A model generated the notes under the pieces. The model did no database searches. It saw only the letters and a list, made by a program, of their open reading frames with translations, and was not told the origin of the DNA. Shown one piece after another: positions 46,776 through 55,292 of a stretch of 55,292 nt of DNA. Numbering within the stretch: position 1 is the stretch's first letter; every line of letters starts with the position of its first letter. The stretch covers positions 1-55,292 of the forward strand of contig JAZOSH010000076.1 in assembly GCA_045656985.1 (NCBI GenBank), given 5' to 3'. Both the position numbers and the translations under genes were made by a program. The stretch comes from Eubacteriales bacterium (GTDB lineage Bacteria; Bacillota; Clostridia; Oscillospirales; CAG-272).

Positions 46776-48251
46776 TTCCTTTGGTATGCTTATTGCAGAA
46801 AAGCCAAGCTGCTTTGCGAGGGAAATATTGTCCTCTGTTGGCACTGACTCAAACGAGAGAATGATCGGCTTTGCCGACGCGCGTGCGCTCTTTGCGATAC
46901 TTTTCAGCAGAGTTGAAAGAGCATCAAGCTCAAGCTCGCTCGGTTCTTCCTTTTCAAAGGGAAGAATGTCTTTGTGCTTCACCACCGTATAATCTCCAAG
47001 GGGGATAAGGTTATCGGCACAAATTGCTGCGGCAGGTGTGTCTATGATAACGCCAAGCTCTATTTTTGAAAATTCGCGTTGCTCTCGAGATAGCTCCTCG
47101 GCACATTCGGTCGCAAGCGAGGCGAGTGCGGCATCTCCTCTTGCGGCAAGAGAGAGCCTTCCGTAAACGGCGGCACGCATAACGGCGCGTAGCTGCCGTT
47201 TAAGTGTTTCATCGTGCTTTACATATACCGACTCTTGCGAATCTCCTTCGGAGCGCAGCTTGCTTATCCTTGTGCCGAGGCTACATTTAAATGCCCTTAT
47301 GTTTACCTTTTTGTCCCTGAATGTCTCGCCAAGCGCACGGTAGACCTCAAAAAGAGTTTCCTCGTCGGGCGGTGCAAGCTCACGCAGATAGAGACATTCA
47401 CTGCCAACAAGCCCTATTCCGTCGCATACGGTGGATGCCTCCCGTAAAGCGGAGAAGATGTCGTCGGGCTCGAGGTAAAGGGTCAGCTCGTCTCGGTCTG
47501 TAATTTGTCGGGGGGTGCCCTTGTGCTCTGTATATCTCTCTACCGTCTCGAGCGACGGCTCAATATAAAGCGCACCGCGTGCCGAGTCAATTATAGCGTT
47601 TCTTCCGGAGATCTCCTCTGTTATATCACTGCGGGTGAAAACAGCAGGAATTCCAAGTGCGCGCACAAGTCTCTCGGCTGAGCTATCCTGCCAGGAAACA
47701 TCGGCAAGTACACCGAGAAGGTGTGTGCGGTGGAAATATATGTCGGAGGGCAGGGGATAGCGCGAAAGAAGAATGTAGTCCTCCCCATCATCAGAGCTTT
47801 CTTTTTCATGTCCACGAAGATTGTCCGAAAGCCTTGAGATAAGGTCGCGCATCTCTCCCTGTACCTCTGCGAGAAAACCCTTGTGAGACTCTCTTGAGAG
47901 AAAATATTCAAGTGTTAAGGAAAGAGCATCCTCGGCACTTTTTCCCGCCTCAATAAAGGCGCGCGCACAAAGCACGGTGAAGTCACTTGAAAGTAATTCT
48001 GCTTCAAGCAAAAATGGAAATGATGCTCGCTCGCCAAGCTCTGCCGAGAGCTCTCTGTATATTGCCCGAAGCTCCTCAAGGCTAACTTTCATTGCTTCCT
48101 CAAGGCGAAATAGCTCTCTTTTGGGCTCGCCTGCAGGAGAGAAGGCAAAGACAGGCTTTGGTGCAAGATATTTTGTTTTTCCCGCCGCACTTCCGCGCCC
48201 GTTGCCCTGTCCTGTAAGTGTTAAGGGTCTCTCACATACTGTTTTGTGCAT
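46773..48251 (-). CDS. Divergent PTS enzyme I (PtsI)-like protein
   Basis: RALGIPAV, DGIGLVGSECLYL, PDEETLF, QLRAVMRA, GVIIDTPAAA; active-site His absent. Confidence 0.7.
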   Translation of the reverse strand: MHKTVCERPLTLTGQGNGRGSAAGKTKYLAPKPVFAFSPAGEPKRELFRLEEAMKVSLEELRAIYRELSAELGERASFPFLLEAELLSSDFTVLCARAFIEAGKSAEDALSLTLEYFLSRESHKGFLAEVQGEMRDLISRLSDNLRGHEKESSDDGEDYILLSRYPLPSDIYFHRTHLLGVLADVSWQDSSAERLVRALGIPAVFTRSDITEEISGRNAIIDSARGALYIEPSLETVERYTEHKGTPRQITDRDELTLYLEPDDIFSALREASTVCDGIGLVGSECLYLRELAPPDEETLFEVYRALGETFRDKKVNIRAFKCSLGTRISKLRSEGDSQESVYVKHDETLKRQLRAVMRAAVYGRLSLAARGDAALASLATECAEELSREQREFSKIELGVIIDTPAAAICADNLIPLGDYTVVKHKDILPFEKEEPSELELDALSTLLKSIAKSARASAKPIILSFESVPTEDNISLAKQLGFSAISIPKE

Positions 48252-48407
48252 CTTTTTCCTCCAAGGCTTCGTTTATATATATTTTGAAATAAAAGGGAGC
48301 AAAATATTCAATAAGCTCTCTCTCCATCCAATTTATTTTTGGGGCGACTGCATAAGACAATTTTTTTGCGGTGTGAGGTTTATAATTATCGTGATGGGAG
48401 GGATAAA

Positions 48408-49265
48408 ATGGAGCAAACTGTATACATAGACCTTCTGTTTCTGATAAATTTCAGTATGGACTTTCTCTGCTTTTTTCTTGCTTCGCGAATACTTTCGTGG
48501 CGTATAAGTCTACCTCGTACACTCATGGCGGCTGTCGTTGGCGGGATTTATTCGTCGGCGGCGCTGTTTTTGCCAAAGCTTTACTTTTTGTCGTTTGTTA
48601 TTGATGTCGCGGTGAGCTTTTTTATGGTGCTCATCGTTACACTTGGACGAAGATTTGCCGATATAATACTCTCTTGGGTAGTTTTTTTTGCCGTTTCCAT
48701 GGCCCTTGGCGGCTTCATGACAGCAATATTCAATCTGCTCAATAAGGCAGGGCTTGGCGGAGCTGACCCGTCGGGCGAGGAGGGAATATCGGTCTGGCTT
48801 TTTCTTCTTATCGCTCTTGTAAGTGGGGCAATAACGCTTTTCTCGGGGCGCTTTTTCAGAAAAAAGGCGGCAACGCGCACCGCAAGGGTGACTGTAAGCT
48901 ACTGCGGCAGAAGTATTGTGCTTGAGGGGCTCGTTGACAGCGGAAATTTTCTGCGTGAGCCGATAAGTGCACGACTCTGCGTGGTTGCAGACAGAGGCGT
49001 GCTCTCGGGCTTTCTTCCAAGCGAGCTACTCTCTGCATCAGGCAATGCGGTGCATATTGATATACTCTCGCCCGAGCATGCAAAAAGCGTTCGTCTTGTT
49101 CCAACAAGGAGCGCAACGGGGGAGGGAGTTCTTCTTGCGATAAGGCCCGATAAAATGTACATTGATGTTGGTAAGGGTGAGGTTTCTGTTGACGCTATGC
49201 TTGCGATAAGCACGCTTGGCGGCGGTGAGAGAAGCGCTCTTGTGCCTGCAGAGCTTATAGAATAG
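48408..49265 (+). CDS. spoIIGA: Sigma-E processing peptidase
   Basis: VYIDLLFLINF, TM segments, GLVDSGNFLREP; directly upstream of sigE. Confidence 0.9.
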   Translation: MEQTVYIDLLFLINFSMDFLCFFLASRILSWRISLPRTLMAAVVGGIYSSAALFLPKLYFLSFVIDVAVSFFMVLIVTLGRRFADIILSWVVFFAVSMALGGFMTAIFNLLNKAGLGGADPSGEEGISVWLFLLIALVSGAITLFSGRFFRKKAATRTARVTVSYCGRSIVLEGLVDSGNFLREPISARLCVVADRGVLSGFLPSELLSASGNAVHIDILSPEHAKSVRLVPTRSATGEGVLLAIRPDKMYIDVGKGEVSVDAMLAISTLGGGERSALVPAELIE

Positions 49266-49274
49266 GGGGATTTT

Positions 49275-49976
49275 ATGATAGGATTTTTGAGAGGTATTTG
49301 GTGCCGTGTGCTTTTGTTCTTTCGACGGCGCGGCATATATTATATAAACGGCCCCGAGGTGCTTCCTGCGCCTCTTTCAAAGGAGGAGGAGCGCAAGGTG
49401 ATAGCCCTTCTGGATGTTGACGAGGGGGCAAGACAGCGACTCATAGAGCATAATTTGCGACTTGTGGTATATATTGCCAAGCGCTTTGAAAACACGGGAA
49501 CGGGACTTGAGGACCTTATATCTATAGGAACGATAGGCCTTATTAAGGCGATAAACACCTTCCGTGCCGACAAAAACATCAAGCTTGCTACATATGCCTC
49601 GCGATGCATAGAAAATGAGATACTTATGTATATCCGCAAATACTCGGGCGCACGCAACGAGATATCTATTGATGAGCCGCTGAATACCGATCTTGACGGC
49701 AACGAGCTACTTCTTTCCGATGTGCTCGGCAGTGATGAGGAGAGCATTTCCTTTGAAATAGAGCAGCTTGAGGAGAGGGTTGTCATTCGCCGTGCGGTAG
49801 CCGCCCTTGAGACAAGGGAGAGGGAGATAATTGAGCTTCGTTACGGGATGCGCGGGGATAGGGAGCTGACACAAAAGGAGGTTGCTGACAGGCTTGGCAT
49901 CTCGCAGTCATATATCTCGCGCCTTGAGAAGAAGATCATAGCGCGACTTCGTGACGAGATAGCGGCTAAACTATAA
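49275..49976 (+). CDS. sigE: Sporulation sigma factor E
   Basis: [48 protein letters not shown]. Confidence 0.93.
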   Translation: MIGFLRGIWCRVLLFFRRRGIYYINGPEVLPAPLSKEEERKVIALLDVDEGARQRLIEHNLRLVVYIAKRFENTGTGLEDLISIGTIGLIKAINTFRADKNIKLATYASRCIENEILMYIRKYSGARNEISIDEPLNTDLDGNELLLSDVLGSDEESISFEIEQLEERVVIRRAVAALETREREIIELRYGMRGDRELTQKEVADRLGISQSYISRLEKKIIARLRDEIAAKL

Positions 49977-50000
49977 AATGAAAAAAATTTCAAAAAACAC

Positions 50001-50029
50001 TTGCAAAATCAAAAATAGTGTGATATAAT
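50001..50029 (+). promoter_or_regulatory. SigA promoter of rpmE
   Basis: TTGCAA-17 bp-TATAAT with extended TG. Confidence 0.7.
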
Positions 50030-50090
50030 ACCTCTGTTCGTGAACCGATGTCAAAGAACATCGAGATTAATTAAGCGAGGAGAAATTAAA

Positions 50091-50300
50091 ATGAAGACAG
50101 ACATTCAGCCTAAATACGAAGAGTGCGTAATCAAGTGCGCATGCGGCGAAACAGTAACAACAAAGTCCACAAAGGGCGGCGAGATCAGAGTAGAAATCTG
50201 CTCCAAGTGCCATCCCTTCTTTACAGGTAAGCAGAAGTTCGTTGATGCGGGCGGACGCGTTGACAAGTTCAAGAAGAGACTTGCAAGCTCTGGCAAATAA
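50091..50300 (+). CDS. rpmE: 50S ribosomal protein L31 (Zn-binding type)
   Basis: CACG...[26 protein letters not shown]. Confidence 0.95.
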   Translation: MKTDIQPKYEECVIKCACGETVTTKSTKGGEIRVEICSKCHPFFTGKQKFVDAGGRVDKFKKRLASSGK

Positions 50301-50325
50301 TAGGCCGAGAGGACTTTCAGAAAAA

Positions 50326-50358
50326 GAGGCTGTTGCGTTACGCAACAGCCTCATTTTT
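50326..50358 (+). terminator. Intrinsic terminator after rpmE
   Basis: GAGGCTGTTGCG-TTA-CGCAACAGCCTC followed by T-rich tail. Confidence 0.75.
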
Positions 50359-50376
50359 CTTTTTGGAGGTGAATAT

Positions 50377-51666
50377 ATGAAGGAACAAAATATAGAGATG
50401 TCGCGTGCTGCCCTTGTTGGCATCGTGACAAGAGACGAGAGCGCCGAGGAGGTAGAAAGCTCACTTGACGAGCTTGCGCGCCTTGCCGATACGGCGGGTG
50501 CAGAGAGCGTGGTGAGACTTGTGCAAAACAAGGAGACACCCGATCCCCGAACCATGATAGGAAGCGGAAAGGTGGCAGAGCTTGCCATGCTTTGCGAGAC
50601 CAATGGCGTTGATATCGTTATTTTTGACTGTGATCTCTCGCCTTCACAGATAAGAAATCTTGAGGACGCGATGACGGGCGAGGTTAGAGTGATTGACCGC
50701 TCAATGCTCATTCTGGATATCTTCGCACTTCACGCCGTTACAGGTGAGGGAAAGCTTCAGGTAGAGCTTGCACAGCTCAAATATACCGCACCGAGACTTT
50801 ACGGAAAGGGAACAGAGCTCTCAAGGCTTGGCGGCGGTATCGGTACACGAGGCCCCGGAGAGTCAAAGCTTGAGACCGATAAGAGACATATAAACAGACG
50901 GATCCACGCTCTTGAGGAGCAGATAGCGGAGCTTGAAAAGAATCGCAGGACCATGCGTGCCGCAAGAGACAGAAGCGGACTTCAGAAGATCGCGATAGTG
51001 GGATACACTAATGCAGGAAAGTCAACACTTCTCAACCGTCTTACTGATGCGGGAATTCTTGCAGAGGACAAGCTTTTTGCAACGCTTGATCCAACCACGC
51101 GTAAGTTTGAGCTTCCCTCGGGCGAGAGTGTGCTTCTCACCGATACGGTAGGATTTATCAAGAAGCTTCCTCACCATCTTGTAAAGGCATTCCGTTCAAC
51201 ACTTGAGGAGGCGTGCTATGCCGACATTCTTATGATAGTTATAGATGCCTCTGACCCTGAAAGTCCCGCGCAGACCGAGGTGACACTTGATCTGCTTGAG
51301 GAGCTTGGCGCGGGTGGAAAGGAAATGCTTTTTGTGTACAACAAGTGCGACAAGGGAATTTACGAGTTTGGCAGAGTAGGACAGCCTGCGAGAGAAAATG
51401 TGGTTTATATGTCCGCACTCACAGGTCAGGGAACAGAGCTTCTTGTGGCAAAGCTTGAGGAGCTTTTGCTTGCTGCGAAGCGTTCTGTGGTATTCACCAT
51501 TCCCAATAGTGAGGCGGGCGCACTCAATACCCTTTACAAGAACGCGACTGTTCAGGATGTTGAATACGGTGCCGAGGCAATAAAGGTGACTGCCCTTGCC
51601 GACGCAAAAACGATAGGAATGCTCCGTAAATATACCGATATTCCCGAGGAGAAAGAGGAGTATTGA
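50377..51666 (+). CDS. hflX: Ribosome-splitting GTPase HflX
   Basis: GIGTRGPGE, GYTNAGKS, LFATLDPT, DTVGF, NKCD. Confidence 0.95.
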   Translation: MKEQNIEMSRAALVGIVTRDESAEEVESSLDELARLADTAGAESVVRLVQNKETPDPRTMIGSGKVAELAMLCETNGVDIVIFDCDLSPSQIRNLEDAMTGEVRVIDRSMLILDIFALHAVTGEGKLQVELAQLKYTAPRLYGKGTELSRLGGGIGTRGPGESKLETDKRHINRRIHALEEQIAELEKNRRTMRAARDRSGLQKIAIVGYTNAGKSTLLNRLTDAGILAEDKLFATLDPTTRKFELPSGESVLLTDTVGFIKKLPHHLVKAFRSTLEEACYADILMIVIDASDPESPAQTEVTLDLLEELGAGGKEMLFVYNKCDKGIYEFGRVGQPARENVVYMSALTGQGTELLVAKLEELLLAAKRSVVFTIPNSEAGALNTLYKNATVQDVEYGAEAIKVTALADAKTIGMLRKYTDIPEEKEEY

Positions 51667-51700
51667 AAAAGAGCAGATAGTAACTACTATCTGCTCTTTT
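51666..51700. terminator. Bidirectional terminator at the left edge of the AT-rich island
   Basis: AAAAGAGCAGATAGTA-AC-TACTATCTGCTCTTTT. Confidence 0.8.
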
Positions 51701-51705
51701 ATGCT

Positions 51706-52986
51706 TTATATTTTTGTCGTTTCCAACAAAGCTTCCCGATACATATTTTTATTGGTCAAATATATATCATAGTCATCAGATATTTCCCACAAAAAATCGA
51801 AATATTCTGATAGTGCTATGAAAAAGTTATTGGCTTGAGATGGAGTTGAAACTTTCTGATGCTCGACTCTCATTTCAAAAGCGTTCATTCCGCGTTCTGA
51901 GCCAACACAATGTAGATAAGGTTCAATATAAGCTACATTGTCAACTATAAGTATTGTAGAATTCATTTCATATGGACACATTTTTAGATGAATTTTACCT
52001 GGATATTCCTCTTCTAGTTCTTCATAGCCCTCGAGTGCTGCTTCTAATTTTCGTTTTACCCAAGGGGAACTGTCAATTTTTTGAACCAACTCGGAAAGCG
52101 GTATTTCCTTTAAGCACTCTGTAAGATTTTTGCTTTTTATTTTGGTAAGAGACACATCTCCCGCAGTGATGTAACTGCCCATTTTGCTATATGGATTTGC
52201 AAGTAATATATTTACGATACCATCACGGCGTAGACAAGCTTCTACTTCTTCAAAGAATCTTGAAGACATTGGATTTAGGTAGGAATTTCCGCTATGAGCC
52301 ATTAAACGAATACTTTTTGCGTTTTCAAGGTCAGCTTTTTTGCTTGAGTTGCGTTCATCATTGTCACTACGGAGAAACAAATTAGTTATTCCACTGTTGG
52401 AATAGTGTTGAGAAAGAATAGTGCGTCGTTCTGATTTGACAATATAATCAAAAATGAAACATTGTATTTTTTCTTCAAAATCACTGTCATTTTCAAACTC
52501 ATAGTAAATTCCTGGGTGAGCCCCATCTGCGCAAAAATCATCAAGAAATTTGGTTACTTTTTTGTATTGAACATAGTCATTGTTGTCTTCGTTAATTTGT
52601 TCAATTACTTTTTTATGCATGAACTTTATTGATGGTTTTCCTGTTTTTTTCCAAGAGTCATAAGCTAGTTTGAATTCCGTTTCTGTACCTGATTCGCAAG
52701 GAAGTCCTGTTAATTTATCTTGTTCACCAGTAGGAGTGCCAAAACGCTTCCACAAGATTCCTATATACAGATCATATCCGGCGGGAGATGGTGTAAGTGA
52801 TTGAGGAAGCCCCATCTCTACGGTTGATGAAGAATGTTCCCAAAGAAATGGGTCCAAGTGAATGCCATAAGATTGACCTAACATTTTGTTTAGATTGTTT
52901 ATGCTTTTTTCACATATTAGGCGTTGTTGTTTAACATCATTTGGAGAGGAAATAAATATTTTAATTATTTTTTTTGTTTTGCCCAT
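51706..52986 (-). CDS. DUF4062 (TIR/nucleoside deoxyribosyltransferase-like) domain fused to a PLD-like (DUF5919-like) domain
   Basis: KIFISSPNDV...YDLYIGILWKRFGTP...SGTETEF; C-terminal IRLMAHSG, VNILLANP, ILIVDN, YFDFLW. Confidence 0.7.
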   Translation of the reverse strand: MGKTKKIIKIFISSPNDVKQQRLICEKSINNLNKMLGQSYGIHLDPFLWEHSSSTVEMGLPQSLTPSPAGYDLYIGILWKRFGTPTGEQDKLTGLPCESGTETEFKLAYDSWKKTGKPSIKFMHKKVIEQINEDNNDYVQYKKVTKFLDDFCADGAHPGIYYEFENDSDFEEKIQCFIFDYIVKSERRTILSQHYSNSGITNLFLRSDNDERNSSKKADLENAKSIRLMAHSGNSYLNPMSSRFFEEVEACLRRDGIVNILLANPYSKMGSYITAGDVSLTKIKSKNLTECLKEIPLSELVQKIDSSPWVKRKLEAALEGYEELEEEYPGKIHLKMCPYEMNSTILIVDNVAYIEPYLHCVGSERGMNAFEMRVEHQKVSTPSQANNFFIALSEYFDFLWEISDDYDIYLTNKNMYREALLETTKI

Positions 52987-52994
52987 CTTTGTTT

Positions 52995-53849
52995 TTATCC
53001 TTTGTCATCATTTTTTATTTCTCGCTCTATTTTATTAATTAGTATCTTTTCAGCGAATTTTGGGTTACTCCAATTTTTCCATTTTTCATATATATCAATG
53101 TCAAAAATATTTCCAAGGATTTTATATTCTCCTATTTTTTTGTTTAATGTTGTGTACACAAGACCCGTGCTTGAAACAAAAAAATATCCGTTTGCTCGGT
53201 TCTCATAGGGGACATATTCAAAGTCTAGCCTATTATCAATGTAGTGTTCAATTTCTTTTCCTCTAGTGACAAATTCCTTTTTTGTGCAGCAAAAATCCGA
53301 GTCATTTTTTATAAGGTTAAATGGCCAAAACTGATATAAGCTCCAGGTTTTTATGTTGTGTAACAAAAGAGTATCTGCAATTTGTTCTAAATAATTTGAA
53401 TTTCTTTTTGAAAACAATGTATGAACCACTAATTTTGGGAAGTGATTAGCCGCAAAAGTAAAGTTTTCCATAAAAGTTTCAAGTTTTTTTTGTGAATACC
53501 TCTGAAAAACAGGCATATCTGGCACATCATCTAACGAGGTTGATAATTGATCTATCTTAGAAGCGCAACTCAAAAATGCTGATCTGTTTAACCAAATTAA
53601 AGAAGAATCTACTCCCCAATAACATGTTTTGTTTGTGTCGGTTAGCAAGGAATAAAAGTCTTCATAGAAAAAAGGATCACATCCGGAAAAAGAAATCATG
53701 TTAGGACTAAATTCATTGGCACGAGCTAATATGTCTTTCCATAAAGAAAGGGTGCCGCTTCCTTTTTTATCAAAAGGAATGAAGCAAAAGGAACAATTAT
53801 TTAAGCACACATCGTTGAAATTAAATATGATTCGAGGTATTTTTTTCAT
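52995..53849 (-). CDS. Radical SAM enzyme, viperin-like
   Basis: CLNNCSFC (CxxxCxxC), ISFSGCDPF, STSLD, WSLYQF, GYFFVSSTG; no SPASM cysteines. Confidence 0.8.
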   Translation of the reverse strand: MKKIPRIIFNFNDVCLNNCSFCFIPFDKKGSGTLSLWKDILARANEFSPNMISFSGCDPFFYEDFYSLLTDTNKTCYWGVDSSLIWLNRSAFLSCASKIDQLSTSLDDVPDMPVFQRYSQKKLETFMENFTFAANHFPKLVVHTLFSKRNSNYLEQIADTLLLHNIKTWSLYQFWPFNLIKNDSDFCCTKKEFVTRGKEIEHYIDNRLDFEYVPYENRANGYFFVSSTGLVYTTLNKKIGEYKILGNIFDIDIYEKWKNWSNPKFAEKILINKIEREIKNDDKG

Positions 53850-54472
53850 AGAGCATCTCTTTTTAAAATATTAATTATTTGATAAAAATTTTCAACTTCA
53901 AAGTCAGCGTAAACATTTGTTTTTTTATTTATTAAAAACGACATGTTGGCAAGTGAAAAAATTCCTTCATCAGCTATTGAATCGCCAATTGCGATAATAT
54001 TTTCTTTTGCTATATTATGTTCTTTTATATACAAATTTGCACTCAAATATTTATCTACACAACGACAAACATTGTTGTTCCACTTTTGAATAATTCCATT
54101 GTTTATAGAAATGGTGCTTCCATAAAATTTACGAAAGCCTAATTTTTTTGAAAAAAAATCAAGTACAAACGAGGCATTACCAGAAAGCACAAGAACCTCA
54201 ATTTTATTAGCTGATGCAAAAGAAAAAAAATCATGCACCCCTTCTGTTAACGGAATTGAACCTAAGGTAGTAAATATATCTGTTACCTTTATACCTTCAA
54301 GCATGGAAAATCGGTGTATAAGGGCATCCCTTCCATTAATTTTTCCTGATTGGTATCTACTATTTATGGCTGCACTTTCTTTTCCTTGTCCTACCAGATC
54401 GCATAAAGCATCTAGGACATCAGTTGATGTTATAGTACCATCGAAATCGCATAAAATAAGTTTAGTTTTCAT
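53846..54472 (-). CDS. HAD-IB family phosphatase (SerB/MtnX-like)
   Basis: CDFDGT motif I, LSG motif II, GDSIAD motif IV; ATGA overlap with the radical SAM gene. Confidence 0.88.
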   Translation of the reverse strand: MKTKLILCDFDGTITSTDVLDALCDLVGQGKESAAINSRYQSGKINGRDALIHRFSMLEGIKVTDIFTTLGSIPLTEGVHDFFSFASANKIEVLVLSGNASFVLDFFSKKLGFRKFYGSTISINNGIIQKWNNNVCRCVDKYLSANLYIKEHNIAKENIIAIGDSIADEGIFSLANMSFLINKKTNVYADFEVENFYQIINILKRDAL

Positions 54473-54899
54473 AGGCAATATATTCGTTATAAAAATGTTT
54501 AAGATAGTCCATGCAGTTTACATTTGGTAAGTCGCAAGGATTTATCCACATATATTGGCAATGTTCTCTCGGGTTAATGGTTATAGGAGAGTGTTCGTCT
54601 TTAATAGTACAGCTTACCACGAGCTGTATGTCTTTGCGATCAGGAAGCTGTTCGCGATTAACATATACGCTCAAGGGAGAAGTTATTTTCTCAATTTCCA
54701 ACCCGGTTTCTTCCTTTACTTCCCGTATTATAGTTTCGTTTATATCTTCATGTAATAACATTTTGCCACCAGGAATATCCCAAAACAAAGGTTTATATTT
54801 ATTTGATGACGCGCGTTGAAGGATTAGTGTTTCACCATTTCCGTTAAGAAAAAAAGCGTGTACTGCAAAGTAATTTGTAATATAAGGTTCTTTTTTCAT
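54462..54899 (-). CDS. NUDIX hydrolase
   Basis: Complete Nudix box GGKMLLHEDINETIIREVKEETGL; overlaps the HAD gene start. Confidence 0.9.
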   Translation of the reverse strand: MKKEPYITNYFAVHAFFLNGNGETLILQRASSNKYKPLFWDIPGGKMLLHEDINETIIREVKEETGLEIEKITSPLSVYVNREQLPDRKDIQLVVSCTIKDEHSPITINPREHCQYMWINPCDLPNVNCMDYLKHFYNEYIAYEN

Positions 54900-54940
54900 T
54901 ACATTTAAGCCTTTCAAAGAAAAATATACTCTACAACTAT

Positions 54941-54969
54941 AGTATATCATTCTAAAAAAAAAAAGTCAA
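54941..54969 (-). promoter_or_regulatory. SigA promoter of the NUDIX-HAD-rSAM-DUF4062 operon with a T11 tract
   Basis: TTGACT-17 bp-TATACT with extended TG; 11 A at 54954-54964 on the plus strand. Confidence 0.7.
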
Positions 54970-55070
54970 CTTATAAACTAATTTGTTAGAAGGAATTTTT
55001 GAAATAGGATAGATCTATTGACATAATGCTATCTAGTATGGTAAAATTTTAAAAAATAGGAGGTGAGCTT

Positions 55071-55292
55071 GTGGCACAAATGAGCTATACGACCGTCAGG
55101 CGCGAGGCGTCAGACGAGTTTGAGGAAAAGCGCTCGGTCTTTATCGGACACGCAAGGCATATAGATTGCGAGAACGATGCGCTTGAGTTTATAAAGGCCA
55201 AGAAAAAAGAATACTACGATGCGCGCCACAATGTCTATGCCTATGTGCTTGAGGGCGGAAATATCATGCGCTATTCCGATGACGGAGAGCCG
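55071..55292 (+). CDS. yigZ: YigZ/IMPACT family protein (partial, runs off the window)
   Basis: Translated by hand: EEKRSVFIG...ARHNVYAY...RYSDDGEP; AGGAGG RBS. Confidence 0.9.
   Translation, partial: MAQMSYTTVRREASDEFEEKRSVFIGHARHIDCENDALEFIKAKKKEYYDARHNVYAYVLEGGNIMRYSDDGEP

Overview
Chromosomal window from a spore-forming Clostridia-type Firmicute (spoIIGA-sigE, rpmE, hflX, trkAH, two-subunit Fe-S fumarase). The main accessory structure is a ~23 kb integrative element (8707-31705) inserted into the anticodon loop of a host tRNA-Ser(CGA). The host gene is left as two halves 23 kb apart, and the element carries its own complete, sequence-distinct tRNA-Ser(CGA) just inside the right end. The element has a Tn916/ICEBs1-type integrase, a second atypical tyrosine recombinase, four excisionase-like HTH genes, an amino-sugar/glycoside catabolic cluster and an AT-rich two-gene candidate defence module (NACHT/STAND NTPase + RelA/SpoT-type synthetase). 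A second AT-rich island between hflX and yigZ (51706-54899, minus strand) is a tightly coupled four-gene operon: NUDIX hydrolase, HAD phosphatase, viperin-like radical SAM enzyme and a DUF4062(TIR-like)/PLD-like fusion, with a T11 tract in its promoter spacer. This is the best candidate for an undescribed nucleotide-based conflict system. Other observations are a short palindromic motif bracketing cassette-like accessory genes at 0.1-8.4 kb, tRNA-derived repeats, a SipW/TasA-like operon, tandem SGNH lipoproteins with dead N-terminal domains and a PtsI-like protein lacking the phospho-His. All family calls are by motif recognition; no database search was run.
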